IMG/VR virus record: IMGVR_UViG_3300030114_000522 | DNA length: 64,000 bases | Origin: a virus | Direction: 5' to 3' (one strand) | Shown here: positions 1 to 10,502 of the stretch, piece after piece | Layout of the letters: every line of letters starts with the position of its first letter | Numbering within the stretch: the first letter of the stretch is position 1 | Position numbers and translations under genes: made by a program | The notes under the pieces: generated by a model | The model's database searches: none | What the model was told of the DNA's origin: nothing | What the model saw: only the letters and a program-made list of their open reading frames with translations

Positions 1-2
1 TT

Positions 3-2597
3 TGAACATACCTTTTCTAATTCATTTTTAAATATAGTATAAATAGTAAGGGTTTCCTGTTCGAAATCAGCATTATATTTATTCTTTGAACCACTATATT
101 TAATACTATTTAATTCTGATAATTGTTTTCTGAAGTCTTGATATATAACTACTACACTATCATATGTATCTTGATTTATTAGGTCATTATATCTCATTAA
201 TAAATTATGTGTATCTTCTTCAACTGTATGTATTTTATTCTTTATATCAAAGTCTACACTTTCAATATATTTGCATATATTATTCATTACACTATCAGTA
301 TCTACAACTGGCATATAAATATTATAATCTTTAGTGAATTTTAATTCATTTTTGTTTTTATTATCTTTCTCTAATAATTCTTTTAGTGAAATTCCAAACT
401 TATGTCTACAAGCTAAATCATTTTTTTCTATGTATTTTTTATATTTTCTTTTTGTATCTGAATATAAATGTATAAAGAAATATGGATGTCTATCTAACAT
501 TATAGATTTTAAAAAGTCTTTTTCTTCACCTGATATTTCTAATTGATTTATATATTTCCTATCTGTCCATATTTTAGGGATACCTTTTACCTCCCTACCT
601 ATTTTAGCTTTATCTATCTGGGCTGATTGTAATTTTGTACACATCTTTAATCTATCAAGAGTAACTTTATATTCTCTACTTCTTTTACCTTTAGTTTCTT
701 CTAGATATTTTAATAAGGCAGTTCCAGTTGTACTCTTATTAGTTATAGCACCGATAATTGAACCAAAAGAGAATAAATCAGATTTATATAAGTCCTCATT
801 AGTAATAACAATCTTTTTAGGGGTGGGTGGTTCGTATACTACTGGATTCTCATTTTTATAAACTGAATTAATTATGATTTCGTTTGAGGTACTAGCTAAT
901 ATATCGAAATCAAAGTCGCTTCCTGCAAAGTTATCTGTCTCATGTCCATGAATATTTAGTATTATTCCACCATAGCAATATTTAAACCATTTTCTTTGTT
1001 CTTCTGTATTTTCTACATTCATAACTACATGTTCACTTCTGTATGTTAATGGGGCTCTCATACAATCAATTTTATTAACATTCCTATCATTCCAATATTG
1101 AGAATAACAACTTCCTTTACTAATTAACCCATGTACTTCTAGTCCACATATAGATTCCATTAGTCCATAGGGGTCGGATACGATAACTTCATAGTTTCCG
1201 TCCAAATTTATAGTACCTAAACATCCTTTATCTATTTTTTTCTTTATCAAATTGTATATTTTTTGCTTTATGTATTTATCATTTAATAATTGATGATTAA
1301 CTATTAATGATTTTATCCACCAATTTGAACTATTTTCTAAATATTTTTTAATTGATGATTGAGTTATATTTGTACCCATTAAGAACAATAATGTATACCA
1401 TATATCATCTGAATTAACTCCTTTAATCCATTTTATAAAACTTTCACATAACTCTGGTATTTTGTCTTTAGGTATATCGGTAACTTGTAAGAACTGATAA
1501 TTCATTCTTAAAACATTACTCAATTCCTTATCAACATATAAAGATACTCCCCATGATAAATCATTTTTTATACAATTTTGTTTGTATTGTTCTAAACTTA
1601 TAAATGAGTTCCATAACTTAAATTGTCCCTCAGTCAATATTACGTCAATTTCTCTTAAATCTACTTGAATAGGTTGTCCATTATCATCTTTATATATTGT
1701 ATTTATTATGTAATTACCATTATTTTTCTCTTTACAAAATTCTTCGGTTTCAAATACATTTAACATCCCTTTAATAAAACTTTCTCTCACGCAAAATTGA
1801 CAAGGTATATAATCTAAGCCTAATTCATTACCCCATATTTCAGCCATTTTAGGAGTTATTAAACCCATACCATCAGACCTATTAAATTCTTTAGTAATAG
1901 TTTTTTGTTCAATTTTATCATCTTCATCATTTGGTGTTTCTGTAACCCAATTCACATCAAAGGTATCACTTATAAAATAATCAGGCACTACACAAAATCT
2001 AGGAGTAGTTACTACTTGTGTCTTAGATTCATATAAACCCTTATAAGCATTAAATTTAGAAGGTGAAAATTTCTTAGTTTTATCTCTTCCATTATCTAAT
2101 ATTTTATCAACACTTTGTAATATATCACTTGAACAAAAAGTAACTGTACTAGAACGCCCCTTTCCTGCCGAAGTAGATATTCTAAAATAAGTTTTATCAT
2201 TAATTATCAATCCATTATTATATAAATATTCATAATGCTTATCATGTTCCATTATTATAGTTATATATTCTGGAATATAGCACATATCTATTATCTTTTG
2301 TTTTTCTTCTTTTAATTTGTTTTTGTTTTCTTCACTATTTTTTTCTTTCTTTATTTTTTCTATATTTATATAAAATTCTTCAAGTACATTTTTATCTAAT
2401 ATTCTATTTTTAATATCACTATTATCTTTATATATGTCTGTCACTACTTTTCTAATAGTTCTTAGCATTTGATTATCTGACAAGGCTATTATTTCTCCAT
2501 TAGATAATGCTTCTTGATAATCAATAGTTATATTATAATCAAATTTTTTCAATCTAGAAGATTTAAATTTCATAGTATATAATTGCCTGTTTTTCAC
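3..2597 (-). CDS. YonO-like single-subunit DNA-dependent RNA polymerase (cellular RdRP-like fold), 3' end outside window
   Basis: Not in ORF track. GTG start at 2597 after AGTGGGTG; translated by hand at several points, all in one frame. N-terminus MKNRQLYTMKFKSSRLKKFDYNI; motifs RSDGMG, MRAPL and FAGSDFDFD (DFDFD at 903-917). Confidence 0.85.
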   Translation of the reverse strand, partial: MKNRQLYTMKFKSSRLKKFDYNITIDYQEALSNGEIIALSDNQMLRTIRKVVTDIYKDNSDIKNRILDKNVLEEFYINIEKIKKEKNSEENKNKLKEEKQKIIDMCYIPEYITIIMEHDKHYEYLYNNGLIINDKTYFRISTSAGKGRSSTVTFCSSDILQSVDKILDNGRDKTKKFSPSKFNAYKGLYESKTQVVTTPRFCVVPDYFISDTFDVNWVTETPNDEDDKIEQKTITKEFNRSDGMGLITPKMAEIWGNELGLDYIPCQFCVRESFIKGMLNVFETEEFCKEKNNGNYIINTIYKDDNGQPIQVDLREIDVILTEGQFKLWNSFISLEQYKQNCIKNDLSWGVSLYVDKELSNVLRMNYQFLQVTDIPKDKIPELCESFIKWIKGVNSDDIWYTLLFLMGTNITQSSIKKYLENSSNWWIKSLIVNHQLLNDKYIKQKIYNLIKKKIDKGCLGTINLDGNYEVIVSDPYGLMESICGLEVHGLISKGSCYSQYWNDRNVNKIDCMRAPLTYRSEHVVMNVENTEEQRKWFKYCYGGIILNIHGHETDNFAGSDFDFDILASTSNEIIINSVYKNENPVVYEPPTPKKIVITNEDLYKSDLFSFGSIIGAITNKSTTGTALLKYLEETKGKRSREYKVTLDRLKMCTKLQSAQIDKAKIGREVKGIPKIWTDRKYINQLEISGEEKDFLKSIMLDRHPYFFIHLYSDTKRKYKKYIEKNDLACRHKFGISLKELLEKDNKNKNELKFTKDYNIYMPVVDTDSVMNNICKYIESVDFDIKNKIHTVEEDTHNLLMRYNDLINQDTYDSVVVIYQDFRKQLSELNSIKYSGSKNKYNADFEQETLTIYTIFKNELEKVCS

Positions 2598-2635
2598 TCT
2601 GTCACCCACTTATATCAATATTTTGTTTTAATTTA

Positions 2636-3802
2636 TTACATTGCTTGTTTAAATTCTAAATATGTATTAAGTTCTTCCTTGCTATGAAATTGTAATCTTT
2701 TCATTTTAGCTTCTTCTCTTTTATGTATTATAATATCTGTTGCTTCTTGTTCGGTTTTAACTGTTTTTCTAAATTTTTCACCTAATAATGTAATGCTAAT
2801 ATTATAACTTCCATTTTTATAGCTATAACCTTTTTCTACTTTCTTAGATAAACCATTTCCAACTGAATCGGTAATAATCAAATTATTCATTCTATCATCT
2901 AATTCATCATGGTTTAATCTTGCTACAAACCAATTTTTATATTTTTTATCAATCAAACCAAATAAATATCTATGTAATTTAACTGTTTTTCTGCAACCAT
3001 TTTCAATTATAAATCCATGAATAGAAATACTTTTATTTGAAACATCTTCAGCTACATGCCATATTCCATTTTCTATTAGTGATTTGCTTTCTAAACTTAT
3101 TTTAAAAGTTTTATTATTTACATCATAAACATTATAATATGTACCGTCCTCAGATATTTCAAATCTATTATTTGAACATATCTTATCATCTCTAGTTTTA
3201 TTTAGTTGTCTTTCTATATTAGAAATAACTTCTTTTATTCTTAATTCTAATATATTATCTAACATATAATATAAATTTTCATTGTGTCTGAATCCATAAT
3301 GTTTTTGAATAATTAATAAATCAATGAGAGCTTCATCTTTGTCTTTATATTTTGTATAGACACTAATGTCATTTATTTTTATATTACCAACCCAACTATT
3401 TCTTCTTTTTAACAGTCCTACTATTCCACTATATTTATTACCACTCCCAACCTTCTTTTCTTTTGAATTATCTAATGAATCAGATATAGATAACTTCTCT
3501 TTTCTATTATCCCACCTACGTCCACCTAAATGATTAACGAATATATTTGTTTCTGTTACTCCCATAACTATTCTATGTAATTTATCTCCTTTGCGGTTTT
3601 GGATGTATCCATAACTAATTGTCCTCCAAGTGTAAGATTTTATATATTCTATAGTTTTATCATCACCATCGAACCAAAATTCATCTCCTCTTTGAGTTAT
3701 TCCAATCCAATAAGTTCCATCTTCTGATAATTTAAATATATTTTTAGATGGGCACATTTTATTTTCCATATTTATTTCTAATACCATATTATTATCTATC
3801 AT
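2636..3802 (-). CDS. Tandem degenerate HNH/AP2-like endonuclease-domain protein
   Basis: Two units: LHRIVMG...VNHLGGRRWDNRKEKL and LHRYLFG...RLNHDELDDRMNNL, each followed by an AP2-like segment. Confidence 0.65.
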   Translation of the reverse strand: MIDNNMVLEINMENKMCPSKNIFKLSEDGTYWIGITQRGDEFWFDGDDKTIEYIKSYTWRTISYGYIQNRKGDKLHRIVMGVTETNIFVNHLGGRRWDNRKEKLSISDSLDNSKEKKVGSGNKYSGIVGLLKRRNSWVGNIKINDISVYTKYKDKDEALIDLLIIQKHYGFRHNENLYYMLDNILELRIKEVISNIERQLNKTRDDKICSNNRFEISEDGTYYNVYDVNNKTFKISLESKSLIENGIWHVAEDVSNKSISIHGFIIENGCRKTVKLHRYLFGLIDKKYKNWFVARLNHDELDDRMNNLIITDSVGNGLSKKVEKGYSYKNGSYNISITLLGEKFRKTVKTEQEATDIIIHKREEAKMKRLQFHSKEELNTYLEFKQAM

Positions 3803-4119
3803 TCCTTTCTGTTTTTCTATTACTTTAATATATTATTATATTTATTATCATATTTTATCTTTACCAAATTCAAACCTTACTCACATTACTTAACTAAAAA
3901 CCTATTATCCGACTTTCTACGCTCTCCTACACAATTTTAGGAACAACTTATCACCTTAACTAAACAATCCAAAATACGCCCTTATTTTTAACTTTCTGTA
4001 ATACAATTCCACTCTTTACTTAAAACGCATTTAAACTCCTTATTTCAATTTAAAAACTTAACATGACAACTTGTTCGTTATTCACTCTAAAACCTCGTAG
4101 TGAATTTGTAATCAACTTT

Positions 4120-4596
4120 CTATTCGAGAATCTGTTCTGACTTGTCCTTATTTATATAACTTGCAAACCTTTCTCTATAGACTTCTTTTTCTTCTTCGGA
4201 TAATTCCTTATAATATCCAATATCTAGATAATGTTGTTTATTATCCTTGAACCATTTTAATTTCCTTAAATTTTTAATACTACTTGGTTTTATATCTGCA
4301 CCATTTGTGCTAGCATTAACTTCTTCAGCAACTATATCTAAACTATCTTCACTAAAATAAATTAATACATCACCATCTGAGCTTGCATTTTTAACATCTT
4401 TAACTCCCATATCTATTAACTTATTAGTAAATTGTTCTGAATTACCCCTTCTGGGTTTGTAATATGCCAAAATATTTTTTGAATATCTGTATATTTGACC
4501 ATTCCCACCACACACTATAAACGTATCATTTAGTGCTTCCAAATTGTTCCTATCAAATTCACTTGAAACTCTCCATTTTCCTATGTAACTATTCAT
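4120..4596 (-). CDS. hypothetical phage protein
   Basis: 158 aa ORF with AAGGAG RBS. Confidence 0.75.
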   Translation of the reverse strand: MNSYIGKWRVSSEFDRNNLEALNDTFIVCGGNGQIYRYSKNILAYYKPRRGNSEQFTNKLIDMGVKDVKNASSDGDVLIYFSEDSLDIVAEEVNASTNGADIKPSSIKNLRKLKWFKDNKQHYLDIGYYKELSEEEKEVYRERFASYINKDKSEQILE

Positions 4597-4643
4597 TCTT
4601 GTCTCTCCTTTATTATTTAGTATTACTTTAATATATTATTAAA

Positions 4644-4871
4644 TCAATTATCTTTCACCATATCCACTCTATATCTTTTTAACTTCCCTTTGTCATATCC
4701 ACTTAAATATCCATCCGAAACGTCAATCCCGATTAAAAAAGCTTCAGTTGTAGTATCTACTAACCCATAATGCTCGTCCATATCATATGTATCATAAAAA
4801 CAATTTATATATTCCGCAAATTCTTTGTCAAATTCCTTTTTCTCTTTTGTACAACCATAATTATCTTTCAT
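4644..4871 (-). CDS. hypothetical protein
   Basis: RBS; overlaps upstream gene end. Confidence 0.65.
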   Translation of the reverse strand: MKDNYGCTKEKKEFDKEFAEYINCFYDTYDMDEHYGLVDTTTEAFLIGIDVSDGYLSGYDKGKLKRYRVDMVKDN

Positions 4872-5469
4872 TGTCTCCTACCTTCATCTTTCTGCTTATT
4901 AGTTCCTCATTTAATTTGTTATCACTTATTGTAATCCCTATTGTTTTAATCATATTATATAATTCCTCCCAATTTGTTGCTCTTAGCATATTAATATTAC
5001 GATTCCAGTCATATAAACCATAAAGTATCTTATAATCAGCATTTACACTTTCTAAAGCTTCCAATTTATCGTCGACAATTAAAGTTACATGACCTACTAT
5101 GCTTTTATCAAATGTATCAGTAAAAATTAAATCTACATTAGGGAATGTTTCCTGTACCCACTTAGATGTAATGCTACGCCTTATAATGTCATGTTTTGAA
5201 CAAATTATCACTTTATTATTCTTAGACAACTCATTTATAATATTTATAGCACCATCTAATACCACTAATGTTTCATTATTATAAAATTCTTCATGGTCAA
5301 ATAACTTAAATAATTCACTTAGTTCTTCTTTTGTCTTAACCATGGGATAGAAATTCCACGAATAATTATCGGTATAGATAATTTGTTTATCATTTAATTT
5401 ATTATGTAAATTTATTATACAACGACAGGTATCAATTATCGTTGAGTCTAGGTCAATTACCAAAACCAT
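4861..5469 (-). CDS. HAD-family 5'(3')-deoxyribonucleotidase (NT5C-like)
   Basis: HAD motif I DLDSTIID, conserved K, motif IV IVDD. Confidence 0.8.
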   Translation of the reverse strand: MVLVIDLDSTIIDTCRCIINLHNKLNDKQIIYTDNYSWNFYPMVKTKEELSELFKLFDHEEFYNNETLVVLDGAINIINELSKNNKVIICSKHDIIRRSITSKWVQETFPNVDLIFTDTFDKSIVGHVTLIVDDKLEALESVNADYKILYGLYDWNRNINMLRATNWEELYNMIKTIGITISDNKLNEELISRKMKVGDNER

Positions 5470-5528
5470 TAATTCACTTCCTTTTATATTTAATATTAAT
5501 TTAATATATTATCAACTTCTTTATTATC

Positions 5529-5672
5529 TCATTTATGTAATCTTAACCATTGTTCAGCTTTCTCAAATTTTTCTCTTTCATTCCCTTCAAAGCTATCTTG
5601 AAAATTCTTAACTTTAAGACTATCAAATGTATTTTGGTATTTATCTCTTAATGAACTAAACTCTATAACCAT
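5529..5672 (-). CDS. small hypothetical protein (start revised to ATG 5672)
   Basis: GGAGGTG RBS and TTGACA-17-TAAGAT promoter upstream of ATG 5672. Confidence 0.6.
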   Translation of the reverse strand: MVIEFSSLRDKYQNTFDSLKVKNFQDSFEGNEREKFEKAEQWLRLHK

Positions 5673-5766
5673 ATTTTCACCTCCCTTTATGTATTTCTTT
5701 CTTACAAGTATTATCTTAACATATTTTAATTTGCTTGTCAACTATTATTCTAATATGTTATATAGT

Positions 5767-6690
5767 TTATGCCATTCCATACATTTTATAATTATTTCTA
5801 TGATGTTGTTCTATACCCTCATTTAAATATTCCTGTATTTGTATACATTTATTTTCAATATCCTCAATATCTGATTTAATTATATCAATATTATTACAAT
5901 CATACTCAGAAGTCGTCATATCATTAATTATTTTTTCAATACTATCTTTATTTTTAATAAGCGATTCTATTTTCTTATTTCTTATTATATTTCCTAAATA
6001 AACATCCAATCTCATAAGTTTTCCATCAACTAAAGCTAAACTATCTGTATTAAATTTTTTAAACATGCAATCTAATTTATCTAAATTAATATATACTTCT
6101 TCTAGATAATATTCATTTATATAATACGAACCCCATAAATATCCAACTGAACTAGCTATTTTCCCAATATCCTCAAGTATTCCATATGTAGTTCTATTTC
6201 TTTTTAAATAAACAATACAATCAATTTTATAATTTTTAAATTCATATTTGTAATATTTATTATAATCTAATGCATATTTTGATACTTTTACTTCATTTTT
6301 TACTTTATTAATGTGTGGTACTGGACTATATTTAATAGGTTCTTTATGCTGAAATTTTACTATCTTATTTAATATTAAATTTATATCATCTATTGAAAAC
6401 CATTCATTTTGATGGTTATATTCTTTTAACTCTTTATGTAAAAATTGTTCTAATTCTATACTATGAGTATATTCAATAAAACATTCAACTTTTAAATTTG
6501 GAGGAGTTCCACAAAATTTAAAACTACTCTTTATATCACTCAATCTTCTTGTTAAATCATTAGTTTTTCCTATTTTTAATTTATTATTTTCTAAATTTCT
6601 TATTAAATATACTCCTTCGATTTTCAATTTATCTAAGTTATCATAATGTATTTTATATTCTATTTCTTTCATTTTATCATATCCTTTCAT
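5767..6690 (-). CDS. T5orf172/MUG113 (GIY-YIG-like) domain protein
   Basis: GVYLI...LKIGKTNDLTRRL...LEQFLH...EWF signature. Confidence 0.75.
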   Translation of the reverse strand: MKGYDKMKEIEYKIHYDNLDKLKIEGVYLIRNLENNKLKIGKTNDLTRRLSDIKSSFKFCGTPPNLKVECFIEYTHSIELEQFLHKELKEYNHQNEWFSIDDINLILNKIVKFQHKEPIKYSPVPHINKVKNEVKVSKYALDYNKYYKYEFKNYKIDCIVYLKRNRTTYGILEDIGKIASSVGYLWGSYYINEYYLEEVYINLDKLDCMFKKFNTDSLALVDGKLMRLDVYLGNIIRNKKIESLIKNKDSIEKIINDMTTSEYDCNNIDIIKSDIEDIENKCIQIQEYLNEGIEQHHRNNYKMYGMA

Positions 6691-6773
6691 ATTTGGTCAT
6701 TTAATCATTTTATGTAGCTAATACATATTATTATCTCTTGTTTACTTAATATTCCTAGCTAAAATACTATTTT

Positions 6774-6836
6774 GTATGTAAAAATACACTATTAATTTAG
6801 GTATACCCTTAAATTTTCGTATGTATAAACACACTA
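6774..6836. repeat. Two 18-bp direct repeats GTATGTA(A/T)AAA(T/C)ACACTA
   Basis: Copies at 6774-6791 and 6819-6836, 16/18 identical, just 3' of the 6919..7914 gene. Confidence 0.6.
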
Positions 6837-6918
6837 CAATGGAGGTGTAATAAGAGAGAATAAATATATAATAAGAGATAATAAGAAATCTCCTGTCCGT
6901 CTAAAAGCCGACCAGAAT

Positions 6919-7914
6919 TTATTTTCCTTTTTTCTTATTTAGTTTGTTTTGGTATTTTAATTTGTATTCTTCTATATTGGTATTTAATAATTCTAGTTCT
7001 TCTACTTCTTTTACTGTTATAGTTTTATTATTTAATTTCTTAGTTAAAAATCCTTTTCTGCCATATATAGATTTCATGTTAATTCTATTATCATCTAATA
7101 TTATATATCCTTTGCCCTCATAGTAATTATGTTGTTGCTTTAATCCTTCTTTTAATTCTAGTTCTATAAAGTCTCCTTTGACTATATTTGTTATGATGTA
7201 TATATTGGCACAATCAGTTATTGTTTTGTTCATATCATTTTCAAGATATTTTTTACCTAAGTTTTTATATTCTATCATTCCTAAATTTTTAAGTTTAGTT
7301 ATATATTCTACTATGTGACTTTCACTTGTATATGTATATTCTGCTATATTTTTATAACTTGGATATGCAACCTGAGCTTTTCCTCCATCTTTTTGTATAT
7401 TTCCACCATTAATTTTCTTTCTTTTATTTGATTTACATTTTAAGTATAAATATACTTTTAATAAGTTTATATTCTCTTTATTGCTTGTACTACTTGATAT
7501 TATTTTATTCAATTCACTTTGTTCTAAGGAAACATATTTATCAATATCAATTAATTTTACAGTGTTAAATGTTATCAAATCATTATGCTTTGATTTATTT
7601 ATATTATCTTTAGTATTTATATATTTTAATTTGCATAAGTCGTTTAATATGTTTTTAAATTCAGTTTTAGTTCTATCATTATTATAATATCCACATCTGT
7701 TTATTAATTTGCTAATGGATATATCACATTCCACTGTATAATTTGTCCTGATATATAACTGATATAGTATTAATATTACTTTACTGTCCTTTATATTTGT
7801 TAAAATACTATTATCTTTTACACATTTATTCTTTTCTATGAACTCATCTTCTATAGTTTCATAGAATAATATAGTTGGTATTTTAGCAAATAATTTTTTA
7901 TTATATTCTTCCAA
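6919..7914 (-). CDS. HTH-containing replication-initiator-like protein (paralog of 22937..23848)
   Basis: AYPSYKNIAEYTYTSESHIVEYITKLKNLGMI wHTH motif typical of phage initiators. Confidence 0.55.
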   Translation of the reverse strand: MEEYNKKLFAKIPTILFYETIEDEFIEKNKCVKDNSILTNIKDSKVILILYQLYIRTNYTVECDISISKLINRCGYYNNDRTKTEFKNILNDLCKLKYINTKDNINKSKHNDLITFNTVKLIDIDKYVSLEQSELNKIISSSTSNKENINLLKVYLYLKCKSNKRKKINGGNIQKDGGKAQVAYPSYKNIAEYTYTSESHIVEYITKLKNLGMIEYKNLGKKYLENDMNKTITDCANIYIITNIVKGDFIELELKEGLKQQHNYYEGKGYIILDDNRINMKSIYGRKGFLTKKLNNKTITVKEVEELELLNTNIEEYKLKYQNKLNKKKGK

Positions 7915-8188
7915 TTCTCTTCCCTTCTTCCCTATTTTAATTCTTAGTCACATACTACCACATATAAAAATATAAGTCAACTATTACTCTAATTTATTAT
8001 ATAGTTTCTAAAATACCACATTTGTAAAAAACATTTCTATCCATCACAATAAAAAAAGAAGTAATATTACACTACTTCTTGCATATAATATTATGTTAGG
8101 GTTAAATGCCATTATAAGGCTCAAATTAGCGTTCTAGTTTTAAGACGACAACTTATACCTTTTATGTTCTATCTCGTCTAATTAGGGC

Positions 8189-9103
8189 TTACTTTTGGGT
8201 TTCTTTAAGTAAATTTGATACAAAGCTATTATCAGCTTCAATATCAATAGCTATTTCTTCTTTAGAATCACTTTTATCCCAACCAAGTAATTTTTCTTCT
8301 ACTAATTTCATATGTTTTTCATCCTTTGATTCAGGTCTACCTTCAAAATTATTAAAGGTGTTTTGTTTACTCTTTTTACTATCATTTTGTAGTCGAATAA
8401 TACTTTCATTTTTTTTCTCTATATAAAATTTAATCCCTACTGCTTTAGTTCCTAATTTAAGAACTTCATAATCTACATTTAAATCAGTTTTTAAGTTAAT
8501 TTCATCTATAGACGGAATCAATATTCTACTAGTAATATTATTAAATCTATCATAAGATTTTTGATTCAATTTTAATATTTTTTTAAATTCTTCTAGTGTA
8601 TAAGCTACTTCATGTTTGAATGAACTACTTTTTGATAGTTGATATATCCTTATAGAATATTTAGAAGTTAAATCTAGAATATTTGCTAGTTTAAAACTAG
8701 TAAATAAATCTTCCAGTTGAACTAAATATGGTTCTAATTCCTCGTTAATTTTCATCATTACAGAACCTTCTTTTTTCTTATGTTTTGCATAAGTAACTAT
8801 ATTAAACATTTCCCAATCACCATTAGGTTGTTTTATTTCAATAATTTTCTTCATTAAACTCCTACAAGCTTTTGGTAAATCTCGATATAATGGCTCTACA
8901 CTTATATTCATTAAATCAGCTATGTCACGTATTCTAAATGTAGTCCTATATGTTTTTATGTCACCTTTTTTAATTGTAGATATCAATATCATTAACAATT
9001 TTTGTTCTAATGATGTCATCTCATAACTAGCATGAACAAACATATTATCCTGCACAACTAAATTATTATCTTTTAAATTTAATTCCAATTGTTCATATCC
9101 CAC
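8189..9103 (-). CDS. repB: Plasmid replication initiator, Rep_3 (RepB) family
   Basis: VVQDN...MTSLEQKLL, LTSKYSIRIYQL, RILIPSIDEIN motifs; iterons directly upstream. Confidence 0.9.
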   Translation of the reverse strand: MGYEQLELNLKDNNLVVQDNMFVHASYEMTSLEQKLLMILISTIKKGDIKTYRTTFRIRDIADLMNISVEPLYRDLPKACRSLMKKIIEIKQPNGDWEMFNIVTYAKHKKKEGSVMMKINEELEPYLVQLEDLFTSFKLANILDLTSKYSIRIYQLSKSSSFKHEVAYTLEEFKKILKLNQKSYDRFNNITSRILIPSIDEINLKTDLNVDYEVLKLGTKAVGIKFYIEKKNESIIRLQNDSKKSKQNTFNNFEGRPESKDEKHMKLVEEKLLGWDKSDSKEEIAIDIEADNSFVSNLLKETQK

Positions 9104-9122
9104 ACTTAAATCCTCCTAAAGT

Positions 9123-9380
9123 TACTATCAATTTGTAGTTTAATACTATCAATATGTAGTCTACACACCTACATATCTTTAGTCAACATACTATCAATTT
9201 GTAGTCATTATATATCATTCTGTAGTTCATTACTATCAATTTGTAGTTTAAAGGCTTTCTAATCCTTTGATTTTACTACTATAAGGCACTCTCTTAATAG
9301 TATTAAATAGAGATTTAAAATAAATAAAACACATACTATCATTTTGTAGTTCACTAATAATTTCACTATCATTTTGTAGT
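9123..9380. repeat. Iteron array / plasmid origin, 17-bp TACTATCAATTTGTAGT
   Basis: Copies at 9123, 9144, 9189, 9210, 9231 (about 21-bp period) and 9334, 9364, with an AT-rich stretch between the groups. Confidence 0.88.
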
Positions 9381-9529
9381 TGATTGTTTTAGTCCACTTA
9401 TTCGCTTTATACAGACTAAAAGTTTGGAGATGACAACTATTACTCTTTTAGTTCTATCTCAATTCATACGTCCTGTCTGATATCATACAATAGTTTCTAA
9501 TGCGACAAGATTATTTTTATGTTGAGTTG

Positions 9530-10258
9530 TTACTTCTTGAAGTGCAAGAATTTGCTAAATAGTGATTTAGACTTTTCAAGTTCAAGTTCCTTTTTAAGAG
9601 TTTCTATTTCTTCTTGTTTTTTATCAATCTTATTTCTCATTGCAGTAGTTTCTTTGGAATACAGTCTTTCTAATTCCTTATCCTTATTTTGATTACTCTG
9701 TTCTAAGGACTGCATTTTATCTGTCAGTATCTCTATATTATTAAGCATTATATCTTTAGTTTGATTCATAGCATCTAAGGATACTTGTGCTATTTTCATA
9801 GCTTCTTCTTTAAAAGAACCAGTAATATCATTAGTTAGTTGAGTCTTAATTTGATTAACTATTTTGTCAGTTTCTTTTTTTATTTCTATAGTTACATTTT
9901 TAGCAATTACTTGTGAGTCTATCTTAGTTAAATTTTCTTTAATTATTCCAGTTTCTCTATCTATTAACCCATGAGAATTATTCTTAAAATAATTTACAAC
10001 TTCATCATAAGGCATTTCATCTTTTATTAAATCTACAGCTAGTTCTAACTTTTCAAAATCATTTTGAGAAATCATATCGGTTTTTTCAAAAAAATTATTA
10101 TCAGCACTGGCTTTATTTAATTTAAAAATCAAATGGTTTACTTTAGTGGTGCTTATATTAAGTTTTTTAGCTACTTCTTCAATAGTGTAATTTATAATTT
10201 CAGACGTTTCTACTTCCTGAAAGTTTGTATCTATAATCTTGTTAGTATTAGTAGTCAT
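9530..10258 (-). CDS. tubY: TubY-like partition regulator (MerR-like HTH, coiled coil, amphipathic C-tail)
   Basis: YTIEEVAKKLNIS HTH, C-terminal coiled coil, KSLFSKFLHFKK tail; adjacent to tubRZ. Confidence 0.65.
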   Translation of the reverse strand: MTTNTNKIIDTNFQEVETSEIINYTIEEVAKKLNISTTKVNHLIFKLNKASADNNFFEKTDMISQNDFEKLELAVDLIKDEMPYDEVVNYFKNNSHGLIDRETGIIKENLTKIDSQVIAKNVTIEIKKETDKIVNQIKTQLTNDITGSFKEEAMKIAQVSLDAMNQTKDIMLNNIEILTDKMQSLEQSNQNKDKELERLYSKETTAMRNKIDKKQEEIETLKKELELEKSKSLFSKFLHFKK

Positions 10259-10490
10259 AAATTATATTACCTCCAAATAATTTATTATTTATATAATTAT
10301 AGCATAAAATTAATATAATGCAAATATAATATTAAAGTAATGCTATCTTAATATTATATTAAGGTTTATTTAATACTATAATAACGTTAAAATAATATGA
10401 ACTAAATATTAGGATAATATAATACAAATATTATTAAAACATTTCATTGACATTCATTAAATATAATGATATATTAATAGTAATTTGCAA
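10259..10490. promoter_or_regulatory. Divergent tubY/tubRZ promoter region, probable centromere (tubC/tubS)
   Basis: Extremely AT-rich with loose TAATAT(A/T)AT repeats and a TTGACA -35 at 10447; position matches type III partition loci. Confidence 0.4.
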
Positions 10491-10502
10491 GGAGGGATAT
10501 AT

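Noticed and set aside
334-546. Short track ORFs antisense to real genes (e.g. 334, 4787, 5099, 7481, 10133, 11549, 15132, 23934, 26621, 28263, 40998, 48694, 52734, 53493)
   Set aside because: Shadow frames of longer RBS-led genes, rich in F/L/I/S as expected from the reverse of A-rich coding DNA.
8074-8101. dif-like site ACTTCTTGCAT-ATAATA-TTATGTTAGGG near repB
   Set aside because: Only about 7/11 match per arm to Bacillus dif, and the left arm is already explained as a terminator stem.
9123-9380. Iteron array as a CRISPR array
   Set aside because: 17-bp repeats mostly with 4-nt gaps next to a Rep_3 gene; no regular spacers or cas genes.
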